Shown in pieces: positions 27,701 through 40,300 of a stretch of 64,000 nucleotides of DNA. A model generated the notes under the pieces. It was given only the letters and a program-made list of their open reading frames with translations, had not been told where the DNA came from and did no database searches. The position numbers and the translations under genes were made by a program. Source of the stretch: a virus (taxonomy: Duplodnaviria; Caudoviricetes); the IMG/VR virus record IMGVR_UViG_3300020460_000012, one strand, 5' to 3'. Numbering within the stretch: position 1 is the first letter of the stretch; every line of letters starts with the position of its first letter.

Positions 27701-28391
27701 AAGTAATGATGAATTGTATAGGAGTTATGGAGCTTCTTTAGAAAAAATAAAAAGTATAAGTGATGAAATTATTTACTATCCTGCAAAATATAAAATATTA
27801 TTTGGATCAAAAGCACCGGCGGATTTACAAGTGAAATTTAAAATTGTTAAAAATAGAGATGTTGTTACAAACGATAACGAATTAAAATCAAATTTGATAG
27901 AAGCTGTAAATAGATTCTTCGCAATAGAAAATTGGGATTTTGGAGAAACATTTTACTTCCAAGAACTTAGTGCATATATTATGACAGAACTATCACCTAA
28001 GTTAGCTTCTGTTTTGATTGTACCTAATCAAGGCACACAATCCTTTGGTAGCTTATTTGAAATAAAATCAGAACCAGATGAGATTTTTGTAAGTGCCGCT
28101 ACGGTTGCTGATGTTGAAACTATAACTGAAATTACTGCAAAGGAAATCCAAGCAAGTGGTACAGTTATCACAAGCTCGACTACAACTTCTACTACAACAG
28201 GAATAACAAGTTCAGCTTCTACATCTACTACAGCTAGCACAGGTGGAGGTTTAGTTACATCTAGTAGTTCAACAAGTTCAAGTAGTTCTAGCTCAAGTAG
28301 TTCTAGTTCAGGAGGCAACGGTTCAGGTAGCTCAGGAGGCAACGGTTCAGGTGGTTCAGGTTCAGGCGGCGGTGGAGGCTATAGCTATTAA
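24789..28391 (+). CDS. gp6: Baseplate wedge subunit (gp6/gpJ-like) with a Ser/Thr/Gly C-terminal tail
   Basis: SYDFDNLRRTMINYL, FLETAERRESILRLARMLSYNP, YYTQNRLITGEDY and WDFGETFY motifs. Confidence 0.85.
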   Translation: MSSTDRQTRLLVSEDWKRIYQAFRNADFQSYDFDNLRRTMINYLRQNYPEDFNDYIESSEYLALIEMIAFLGQNLSFRVDLNARENFLETAERRESILRLARMLSYNPRRNQAANGLLKVNTIKTTESIIDSSGINLASTVIKWNDQSNTNYFEQFLKILNSALPVTNNIGNPLKSASIANVITQQYRFNATNTTSAVFPFTKRVEGVSTRYEVVSAGISGEDIVEEAPIPGNSPAFLFRDDGQGAGSSNTGFFMHFRQGKLDSSNFSITSPVPNQSVAIDVTDINDTDIWLYNVDSNGFETDFWTKIEAVEGNNIIYNNLFEGIKNVYAVNTRVGDRVNLVFSDGVFGNLPTGNFKIYYRTSANAGSVITPGAIGNVNIDIPYQNKSGGLETLTLGLRLNYTITNGSATESNTEIKNNAPATYYTQNRLITGEDYNIGPLSVSQEIIKTKSTNRISSGVSRYFDLKDSSGKYSNTSLFADDGVLYKEIFLEKTQFTFTTQSDIEGIINNTIEPILGAANTKNFYLDQFPKTIVSDLNAKWNQQSLATNQATGRFLDSTDSPYMTGTFTANSLRYIEPGALCRFTAPTGFHFMKDGTLMTGTADHFGSSTYKWAKVISVDGDGTTIDTVTDTGPIVFNDNIPSNAILDRIIPNFSRVLVDSIKVQIIDQTFAYKDFGLRYDLEDRQWKLITTENLNTILDFSTGKAGDSTGQNLDSSWFLYFKTDGETYNITYRNLKYVIESADEIRFYFDGIDKVYNPATGQVVRDKIDILNINTKPASTSPFTNDFSWSVSGAYRDPDGYVDSRKIEVQFIDLDDDGTVDNPEIFDEIVSPDTVTTLQKTIFQKKYTTSDGVEDFKYFDNASNEITIVANEAAIAPYSTRTEGQIFYLDDEKVFKKLQKSLNNTVLNSDYKAFIGRGGLKFHYVHVADSSYRIDPSASNLIDTYLLTKTYDNNIRKFIAGEVATLPMPQSNDELYRSYGASLEKIKSISDEIIYYPAKYKILFGSKAPADLQVKFKIVKNRDVVTNDNELKSNLIEAVNRFFAIENWDFGETFYFQELSAYIMTELSPKLASVLIVPNQGTQSFGSLFEIKSEPDEIFVSAATVADVETITEITAKEIQASGTVITSSTTTSTTTGITSSASTSTTASTGGGLVTSSSSTSSSSSSSSSSSSGGNGSGSSGGNGSGGSGSGGGGGYSY
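28170..28388 (+). repeat. Low-complexity Thr/Ser/Gly tail including a direct repeat encoding SGGNGSG
   Basis: TSSTTTSTTT...SSSSSSSSSSSGGNGSGSSGGNGSGGSGSGGGGGYSY. Confidence 0.85.
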
Positions 28392-31300
28392 TGTCATACG
28401 ATGATAATCAAAAGGATTTAACTCCTCCTATACCCGGCGAAAAAGTTAAGAATATAGGTATTAATTTTTTGCCGAAGTTTTTCCGTACGGAAGCAAATAA
28501 AAAGTTTTTACAAGGGACTATTGATCAGCTTGTACAGCCAGGAGTAGCAGAAAAAGTAAGTGGATATATTGGTAGGGAAACTGCAAAAGCATTTCAACCT
28601 ACTGACAACTATATTGGTGATGTTACTAATGATAGGAAGAACTACCAATTAGAACCTGCCGCTGTAATTAAAGATAATTTTGATAATGTTTTATTTTATA
28701 AAGATTATAATGACTATGTAAATCAATTAGGCGCATTTGGTTCGAATAACGACAATCATAGTAGACTTAATAATCAAGATTCTTACGGATGGAATCCTAA
28801 TATTGATTGGGATAAATTTGTAAACTTTAGAGAGTATTATTGGTTACCAAATGGTCCTACAAGTGTAGCTGTAAGAGGACAAAATAAAGAAGTTGTAAGT
28901 ACTTACACTGTAACAACTTCAGATCAAGGTGATAATATCTCATATGTTTTTAATGACGGTTTAACAGTAAATCCAACAATTAAATTATATAAAGGGCAAA
29001 CTTATAGATTTGAAATAGACACTCCTGGGCATCCAATAGCATTTGCTATTACAAGATCTTTTACTCCTGGAAGTGCAATACTTACAGCAGGATCAGAAGG
29101 AATTAGGGCCGATGGACAGTTTGATGCAAAATTGTACGGCAACAATTATGATCAAGGAGAATATGTTGTATTGCCTAGCAGTGGGTCTGTAACATTTGAA
29201 GCAGACGAAAATGTTAGTACTTTGTATCCTACAGGTATTACAAAATATGGAAAAGAAGGAGAAGTAATTTCTGTTGTATATGTAGAAGAAGGCACGATAG
29301 AATTTACTGTACCAGAAAATGCTCCTGATAGACTTTATTATGTAAGTCAAAATAGTGTTGATACAAGTGGTCTTATAAGAATATACGATATAGCGGAAAA
29401 TAGTGCAATAAATGTAGCTGATGAAATTTTAGGCAAAAAAACTTATTCAAGTGCAAATAATGTAAAATTATCAAATGGCATGAAACTTACGTTTCAAGGC
29501 GAAGTTACACCTGCAAAGTATGCTACAGGACAATGGTATGTTGAAGGTGTAGGATCACAAATAAAATTAATTAATAGTAAAGACTTAATTATTCCTGCGG
29601 CATATTCTACAAATAAGCTTGTTCCTTTTGATACTGATAAATTTGATGAATTACCGTTTGCTGATGCTAAAGCATTTGCCGCTACAAAAGATTATATCAC
29701 AGTAAATAGGGCAAGTCCAGATAGAAATGCATGGAGTAGGTATAATTGCTGGTATCATAAAGATGTAATTTTAGCTAGTGAATCATATAATAGCTTACCT
29801 ACAACACTCGACGAAAGCACTAGAGCTAAACGTCCTATTATTGAATATGAAGCAGGACTTAAATTAAACAACTTTGGTGTGTCAGCAAAGAATGATGTTG
29901 ATTTAGTAGATGTCTTTACCAAAGACGTTTTTAGTACTATAGAAGGATCAACTGGTTACAATGTTGATGGTGTAGATTTGTCTGATGGCATGCGTGTATT
30001 GTTTACAGCAGATACAGATATTTTAGTGTCTGGAAGAATATATGAAGTTAAATTTGTTACTATTAATAATGTAAGACAGATAAACCTTAAAACAGTAAGT
30101 GACACAGATCCTATTGACTTAGAAACAGTGCTTGTTACACAAGGTTCTAAGTATGCAGGTACAAGCTTTCATTACAACGGAACATTGTGGGTTCAATCTC
30201 AGCAAAAAACTATTACTAACCAGCATCCATTATTTGAGGTATTTGATGCTAACACAAATAGTTTTAGTGATACAACTTATTATGGTTCTACAACATTTAC
30301 AGGAACCAAAATATTTTCATACAAGCAAGGAATTGGCACTAACGATACAGAGTTAGGCTTTCCGTTATCTTACAAGTCAATTAATAATTCTGGTGATATT
30401 GTTTTTAACTTTAATTTGTTAAACGATACATTTACATATCAAACTGATACAGATTTATTTACGCAAGCAATTTCTACAGGATACTTAAAAAAATACAAAA
30501 GCCTTACAGAATTTGATTACGTAAATGGGTTTAGCAGTATTGCAACTAGCACAAGACAAATGGTGCTAAAACAATACACATCTACAGATATTAAAAATAA
30601 TAATTTCGAAATTGATGCATATAAAAAAGCAGGCGATCTTAATGATCTAATTGTACATGTATATTTGGACAATAAATTAAAGATAATAAATCAAGATTAT
30701 GAGATTGACAGAGCTAATGGGTTTGCACATGTACGTTTTTATAATGATTTAAAATCCGGACAAGTCATAAAAATTAAAACACATAGCTCATCAGCAAAAG
30801 TTAATGGTCATTATGAATTTCCACACAACTTAGAAAGAAATCCTCTCAATGAGGATATTACAGAATTTACCCTTGGCGAAGTAATTGATCATGTTGATAC
30901 CATGATTGAAGATATACAAGGATTTAGCGGAGAATATCCTGGAAGAAGTAATTTACGAGATGTAGGAGAAACTGATCAATTTGGTAAAAGATTTGTAAAG
31001 CATAGTGGTCCTATTAACATACCTCTTTATCATATAACAAATAAAGAGTTTAACATTGTAAAAGCTTTGAGGTATTCAAAAAATGAATATAGTAGATTCA
31101 AAAGAAAGTTTTTAGAAACTGCAAATAGTTTAGGATATGACGGTCCTATAAAACAGCATGTTGATAAAATTTTAAATGAAATAAACAAAGAAAAAATAAA
31201 ATCAGAACCTTTTTACTTTTCGGATATGTTAGGATACGGTGATGCTAATGTAATTAAGTATACAGTTGTAGATGCAAGAACAACAACATACCCAATTACT

Positions 31301-34300
31301 TCACCTTTTAATTTAACCGATTTAAGTGCAAAAAGTATTAACATATATCTAAATGGAATACAATTAGAGTATGGATTAGATTATACATTTAATTCAGACG
31401 GTTATGCTGTTATCACAGCTAGTAAAGTTGAAGATGATATAATTGAAATTTATGAGTATGAATCAACTGATGGCAGTTTTATAGCACCTACTCCTAGTAA
31501 ATTAGGATTGTATCCTAAGTACTATCCAGAATTAACAATAGATGATTCATATATTCAGTCATCTACAACTAACACTGGTCCTTTTAAAGTTTACGGCAGA
31601 GAAGAACAAACTACAAAAACACATAAAGGAAAAGTAGGTTGGTTTTATCCTTTGTATACTTCTGAAGAAGCCGCTATAGCCGCAGATTCAGATTCAAGTG
31701 CAGATACAGGTTCTGCACACAAACATGTGTTTGAAGGATTATCACAAATTTTCTATATGCCTTCTACAGAAGTAAATCATGCTGTACAAGATTCCGATTT
31801 GTACGATGAATATCCTGTAGGTGTTGCAATGATACGCGGTCATGACGGAAGTTATATAAAAGCGTACAAAGATTTTAGAGATGAATTAATACTAGAATTA
31901 GAAAGACGTATTTTTAATAACATAAAAGTTGATTATTCTAAAGCTTTACTTGATATACAGGACTTTATTGGCGGCGAATATAGAACATCTGAATTTTCTA
32001 AATCTGAAGTTGATAACACATTGGCTGCAGACTTCCAACAATGGCTAAGATTAATTGGTAGCAAAGAATATACAGAACATGATTTTTACGATCCTAACAA
32101 TAGTTTCACATTTAACTACGCAAGTGCTAGCACACCTCTTGGTAATGGTCATCCAGGTTTCTGGAGAGGTGCCTACATGCATGCGTATGGTACAGATCGT
32201 CCAAATGCAACACCTTGGGAAATGTTAGGCTTTACAATGAAACCAACCTGGTGGGAAGCAACCTATGGTCCTGCACCATATTCAGGAGATAATCTTGTCC
32301 TATGGAAAGACTTAGAAGAGGGAAGAATAAAGGAGCCTGGAGTTGCAGAAGTAGTTAACGGCAAATATGCTAGGCCTGGATTAACAAATCATATACCTGT
32401 AGACGGCCAAGGAAAATTAAGATCACCAAGAGATAGTAATTTTGCTAGGGCTTTTTTAAGACGTCAAGCTACTAATGGTTGGAAGTTTGGCGACCATGCA
32501 CCAGTAGAAACTGCCTGGAGAAGAAGCAGTGAATTTCCGTTTGCAATACTATTAGCATATTTGCTAAACAAACCAGCTAAAGTAATGGGATTAGGTTTTG
32601 ATGTATCTAGGACAAAGAAAAATTTAGTCAAACAATGGATACAAAATGATACAAACAAACCTATACAGCTTTCTACTGCAAAGTTACCAAATACTTACAA
32701 AGATGATACTAGGGTACTAACCTGTGGATTAGTAAATTACATATATAACTTGGTAGCAAGTGATGTACTTTCAGTGTATACTGATTATAAAAATAATCTT
32801 GCAAACTTGCGAAATCAATTAGGCTTTAAAGTTGGAGGATTTACCGACACAAGCAAGTTTAATTTAATACTTGATAGCAGGTCTCCCACCAAGCAAGCAG
32901 ATAGAGATGGAATATTTGTTCCGCAAGAAAGTTTCAAAGTCTTTAACAACACAAGTAGTCCTTTAGAGATGGTGACATATAGTGGTATGTCTGTGGAAAA
33001 AGCTGGATCAGGATATATTATTAGAGGATACAGTAATACTTCGCCAGAGTTTGAATATTATAAACCTAAACAAGGATCATCAAAAATAACTGTCACTGTT
33101 GGAGGAATATCTGAAGCTTCGAGTGAATGGTCTGCAAATACATTTTATGAAAGAGGTCAAGTAATACAATTTAAAAATGAGTTTTATAGGGCGGCAAGAC
33201 AATTTACAAGTGGCGACACATTTACAGCAGATGATACTGTAGCAAAATTAGATGAATTACCTATAACAGGAGGCAGGACAGCACACTTCTTTAAAGATTT
33301 TGACGAAACAGAAGTCTTTAAATTACAGTATGGTACAAGATTATCAACTACACAAGAAGTTGTAGATTTAATGCTAGGTTATAATGCTAGACAAAAAGTG
33401 TTAGGATTTAGTTTTAATGAAGTTGACTCTTTCAATGAGAAAGTTGAAAACTGGGAAAATACTGCAAGAGAATTTATGTTCTTTACTACACAAGGATGGG
33501 CGGCAGGCACAGTTATAACATTAAGTCCTGGAGCACCTAAAATAGAATTTAGTAGACCTAATGTTGTAGTTGATAACCTTTATGACACATTCTATGAATA
33601 TAGCATATTTAAAGCTGATGGACAACCATTATCTGCAGAATTAAATGGAGTAGTAAGAGAAGGTAATAGTTTTGGGTTAGCTGTAGCAGATTCTGATGAA
33701 GGCATATATCATGTAGCATTACCTTTAGTACAAAAAGAACACGTAATTCTATTAGAAAATAAAACAGCATTTAGTGATGTAATTTACGAACCAAAATCCG
33801 GATACAGACAAGAACGTATCAAGGTAAGTGGATATAGAACAGCTGATTGGGATGGAGGATTAAATCTACCTGGATTTTTATATGATGAAGCGAAAATAGT
33901 AGATTGGTCTCAGTGGAAAGATTACAAAATTGGAGAATTAGTCAAATATAAGCAATTCTATTACACAGCAAAAAATAACATTCCTGGTTCCAAAAATTTT
34001 AATGCAAGTAGTTGGTTACAATTATCAAATAAGCCTGAACCAGAGCTAACAGCAAACATGGATTACAAAGCTAATCAGTTTACTGATTTCTATGATTTAG
34101 ACAGTGCAGGTTTTGACAGTGAGCAACAGAGATTAGCACAGCATCTAATAGGTTATCAAAAAAGACAATATCTAGCAAATATTATTAATGACGATGTAAG
34201 TCAATTTAAATTTTATAGAGGATTCATTGGTGAAAAGGGTACTATGAATGCTCTTACAAAATTATTTGAATCTTTAGGTACAGGACAAGAGTCTGCTTTA

Positions 34301-37300
34301 GATTTTTATGAAGAGTGGGCAATTCAAACAGGAAGGTTTGGTGCAACAGACAATACTAAACAGGTTGAATTTAGTCTCAAAGAAGATTTAATGACAGAAA
34401 CACCTCAAGCGTTTGAGTTGCTTAATACATTACCTACAACTAATTACGAAAAAGTTTATAGAATATTACCTAATGAAGTTTTTGATAAACCTGAGAATTA
34501 TAATCATGAACCGTTCCCTACAAAAGTAATATCATCAGCAGACGAATATATAAAGACAGGTGGATATGTATCTGAAGAAGATGTAGCATTTGTTGCAGGA
34601 TCAATTCCAGAACTTGCATTAGGTGATGTAAATGCAGTAAACCTAGGCGATTATATATGGGTTGTTGAAACAGGGAAAAATACTTGGAGTGTGTATCAAG
34701 TGATTCCTGCGAACGTCAATGTAGTATCAGCAACAGTAAGAACAGATACTATTTCGAACGATGGTATGCGTTTAATTGACTTACAACTTGACACATGGGC
34801 AGATATTCCATATGATGGAATTAAAGCACTTATCACTGTAAATGATATTATTGGTGTACGTGGCGCGACTGCATATAATCTTGATGGCATGTATGCAATA
34901 GAAAAAGATGGAATAGATTTAACTAAAGTAACAATTAAAGCAGATATAAATGTTGAAACAGAAGACTTTGAAGGCGAATCATTTCAAGTTGTTAAATTTA
35001 GAGAAGTGCGTAGAGCAACTATTGACGAACTTAATGTAAGTCGTTATGACATGTATGAAAAGCAAAAAGTATGGATAGATAATTATAATGGTGATTGGGC
35101 CGTACTTGAGAATAATCCAGCATTTTCAGAAAACCAAACAATTTATAATACATCAGATTTTGATAGCACCGCACATGATTTTAGTAAAGGTGGCACTGTT
35201 ACAGAAAATAACAATGATGTTTTTGTTTCTGCACCAGGAGACGGTTCAGGAAAAATTACGCATTATAAAAGAACAAACGAAAAGAATAATTTAGTTTATG
35301 ATAATGTAATTCAATTAGATGCTAATGATGATTTACTTAATACTGCAAGCACTTCAAGATTTGGTGAAAGTATATCAGTAAGCCCAGACGGCGAATACTT
35401 AGCAGTAGGTATGCCAAACGCAACTGGAATCAAAACAAAATTTAAAGGTGACTTTGACAAAACACAAACTTACACTAAAGCTGATATTGTAAAGTATAGA
35501 GAAAGTTTATGGAAAGCAAACAGAGAAATACTTCCAGAAATTTCTTCGCAAGCATTTACTACATTTGATACATATGTTAACTTGGCTGCTTCTGCTGATG
35601 CAGACTCTACAACTTTACAGCTACTAGTAGCAGGTGATCCTGGTTTAGCTAATAATACAGTAGATCATTTACTAGTTAGAGCACCAAAAGACATGTATTT
35701 AGGCACTTCTGCAGGAGATACTATTAGTTTATATTGGAATCAGCGAAGTTTTGCTTATCCTACATTAGATAATTATTTGCCGTTCAACGGTGCAATCCCT
35801 CAAATTAATTTTAGTTTTCTAACAGGCCAGCATACGATTGTCCATAAAGTTGATCATGTGTTGTTTGTATCAACATTTGTTACACTACCTACTGTAGGTC
35901 AAACAGTTACAACAAACACTGGTAGTGCTACAGTCGCATACGTAGGAACAAAAGCTGATAGTGCAGTAATTTATATTAAAGACACTAATGGTATATTCAA
36001 TGTTACAGATGAATTGTTTATTGACGAAACAATATTTGTTGGTTTTTATTCTGAAACATCAACTTACAACACAAGTTCAGCTGTAGATGGATTTTGGTAT
36101 ATTAATACTGGATTTAGTTATTCTAATAATGCAACATACTATGACACAGGTAGAGGATTAGTATATGCAGATGTTAGATTAGCTTCATCATCAAGAGCAT
36201 TTAATACATATTCAAATATTCAACAGGCTGTAGGTTCGATTGGATCATATGTTAAGAATAAAAATAGAGCCAGCTATATTACACATTTATCTTACAGAGG
36301 TGATCCAGGCGGCGTCGAAGCAGATCAACTAAGCAACAAATGGGTAGTAAGAGGTGAAAAATCTTATACTGACACTTTAAGTGCAGGAGATGAAACTGAA
36401 TTTAGAATATATGATCTAGAAAACAGAACAGTGGATGTTACTTCGGCTGGATTTAGTCTAGCTATTTTAAATAAAAAACAAACTATTGTAGATCTTTGGG
36501 ACGGATATATAGATTTTACTTTTGATGAATTTGATTTTAACGGAAATGTATTCGAACCTGTAATAGGAGATATAATCAGTGATGTACAAATTCCAAACGA
36601 CGGACAAGGCGGGTTGGCAATTACAACTCAAACTACAAGCACAGCGGAAGTTGTATTTTATAGAAGAAACTTTAACAGCGTAAGAGTTTATGTAAAAGCA
36701 TTAAGCGGCGATTGGAGCCAGTTAACAAACATAGGCAAGTATTCTATACAACGTAATGCAAATACAGCAGTAAGAGGAATTGCTGACGTAAATCGTGTTA
36801 TGGGCACAGTAGCTGACGTAGACAATGATATTGCAGTTGGGACTGCTACTGTAGGTAAATTAATAGTATTTGAAAATAGTTCACAATTCAATGTTGTTAC
36901 TAATCCAGAAATTGTTGATGAGGAATATTGGTTCTTTAACGAAAATACAGAACAGGGTATTTCTAGGACAGAAAATCCTCCATATAGTCTGAACAAAGAT
37001 TACACACAAGTATTTCATATACAAGCAGAAGCTACTGGAGTAGCAGGTCCTAACACAGAAGGTGCGGTAGCAATATATAGAAGAACTGAAGGAGGAAATT
37101 ATAGACGACAGTATGTGTTTGTTTCTGAACATAGAAAAGAAAATAGAAAATTCGGCAAAAAAGTCAAACTAGTACAAAAAGGAAATTATTATACACTTGC
37201 AGTTTCAAGCGAAGGTTTAGGTACAAGAGAAGATCCAGGTAGTATCGAATTTTATAGGCATGGTGTTAAGCCAGAACAAGTCAATAATTTTAGAGGCAAT

Positions 37301-40300
37301 TATCAGATAGCCGCATACAGTGTTGGCGATATTGTAAAAAATAATGATTTATTTTACCTTTGTATAAGAGCCGCGGCTAGCACAAATTTTGTTTCTGATC
37401 CTGTGTATTGGGAAAATATAAGTTGGAAGCACGGAAAAGACAGAAATTATAGAGGTGTATGGGACAATACTTACAGATATGAAAAAGGCACTATAGTAGA
37501 ATACAATAATCAACTTTACAAAGCAAAAACTAATATTGCGGTAGGCGCTAGTTGGGCACCAACTAGCTGGGATTTGCTAACAACTAATATAGACTATATT
37601 GGAATGTTACCAAATAGAACGAGTAAAACTTTTTATACAGACGAAAACATATTTGATCCTATACAGGATATACAACAATTTAGTAAAGATTTCGATCTAA
37701 GCAAAGATGGAGATGTGCTTGTTACCACAAGCACACAAGTTGCTACAGATAGTACCAGAGATATTGCAGTAGTAATATACAGAGAAGTAGATGATAAGTT
37801 TCAGTTTTCTCAAATGATCACTGAAAAATCAGCAGTTGACGGCTTTGCTGATAAAGTAAGTATGAATCCTGAAGGAACAAAGATTGCTGTTAGTGCTCCT
37901 TTGGAAGATACTACAAGAATTAATCAAGGCGTTGTAAACATTTATAGTGCAGATACTAGCGGAACATTCGGTACCCCAATTACTACGTCAACGCAGATAG
38001 ACTGGACACAGTTTGCTACAGCAGTTTTAGAAATGTCTTCAAATAACTTTACTCATCCACTAGTACCTTTCTTAAAAACGCAACATACAGATGGAAGAAT
38101 TTATGCTGATGCTAATTTAAGTGGAAATATTGCAGATAGTGTAGATCAACAAGCAGATGATATAAATGTTTGGGACGCATTAGAATGGCAAAGATATGCG
38201 GCTGATCAAGATAATCATACGGTTAACAGTCATTCTTGGATAGATGGCACAGTAAAATCTGCATTTCTTAAAGTAGCAAGTTCTTATCCTTCGGCTTTGA
38301 AAACAGTAAATGTTGATGTAGGAGAATGTACACCTAATCAAATTTTACTTCCACCACAAGACGAAGAATCAGAAAAGTTTGGTCATAGTGTTGAATGGGG
38401 ATCAGAATACTTGGCTATATCAAGTCTTAATGGGGATCAAAAAATTCCTACAGAATTTGATACATATACAAAAACACAAACAGATTCATATCAGTTAGAT
38501 GTAACCTCTGATAGGAAACAAACACCTACTACTTTTGACAATAAATTTACCACATTTAAAAATATAAAAATTGACAAAGGTGTTATATATCTGTACGAAA
38601 CACTAGAAAACAAAGTAACACAATCAGAAGTTATTACGTTTCCATTAATACAAACAACGTTCGGAGAAAATCTTCTAGCACAAGGAAATCATTTGTATGT
38701 AGGTTTACCTCAACAATTTGATAATAATAAAAGAGGTGCTGTAGTTGATTTTAGAAAACTGCCAGGAAATAATGCTTGGAAACAAATAAGAAGCAGTGTT
38801 ACTCCTGTTGATGTAGATAAAATTAGAGGAGCATTTTTATATAATAAAAGAGAAAATCAAATTGTTACATATCTTGATTTCATAGATCCTGTGCAAGGAA
38901 AAATAGCAGGTATTGCAGAACAAGAAATTGATTTCAAAACAAAATATGATCCTGCTTTCTACAATACAGGACAATTGGCAGATGATAATGTTGATCCTAA
39001 TAGGCACTGGGCTGAAAAGTATATAGGTAAAGTATGGTGGAATATTGCAGGAGCAAGATTTGCTCATCCTTATCAAGGTAGTACTAATTTCCAAAGAAAC
39101 GTTTGGAACACACAATTAGAAGGCTCAACAATTAATGTTTATGAATGGGTAGAAAGTAAATTACTACCATCTACTTGGGATTCTATTGCTGATACAGATG
39201 AAGGGTTAGCACAAGGTATTAGCGGAATAAGTTTGTTTGGTAATACAAAATATACAACAAGATTAGTATATGATAGTGTAAGTAAAACTTTTAATAGTCT
39301 ATATTACTTCTGGGTAGAAAACAAAAAAACAATACCTGCAAACACAAAACGTTTATTAAGTATTAGAAACATTGCCGCACTTATAGGAAATCCAAAAGAT
39401 CAAAAATATAGATATCTTAGTTTGCTATCTAAAAATAAGTTCCTATTAACAAATTGTAATGACATTGTTAATAATGACGATATTGTTTTAAACATAAAAT
39501 ATACAAATGATAATTTACAAAAACAAAAACAAAATACACATAGTCAATATCAAATTTTAAGTAAAGGCTTATCTACTAGTGTGCCAAATCCTGATATACA
39601 ATTAAAATGGTTTGATAGTTTGATAGGATTTGATGATAAGGAGCGTAAAGTCCCTAACACTGATGTACCAGTAAAAAGTAGATACGGAATTCAAAACAGA
39701 CCAAGACAAGGAATGTTTGTTAACAGATTTGAAGCACTAAAACAATTTATTGAACGTGTAAATCTTGTATGTAAACAAAACCTATTAGCTGACGAATATG
39801 ATCTAAGTTCATTATCTATGAAAGAACCTTTGCCTACTTTATTAAGTGGCGAATATGATCATAAAGTAAGTACCTATAGCGAAATAAATTTTATTAGTAC
39901 AAGTAAAGTAACTCCTGCAAAGCTTACTCCTGTAGTCCTAAATGGTAAAATTGTTAGAGTAACAATTGATGATGCAGGTAGAGGATATAAAGTTGCTCCA
40001 AGACTTAAAATTACCGGCGCAGGAAAAGATGCTGAAGTAAAATTAACTATAGATACTTTAGGAAAAATTACTTCTGCAACTGTAGAAAATCAAGGAACAG
40101 GTTATGATGAAAATACTTACATTAGTGTAAGGAGATACAGCGTATTAGTTGAAGCTGATAATACAGTGTTTAATAAATGGGCATTGTATTCTTGGAACGA
40201 AACTGATAGTGTATGGTTTAGAAGAAGCATACAAGACTATGACGTAACACAGTTTTGGAGTCAAATTGATTGGTATGCAGATGGCTACAATCAATTTACA

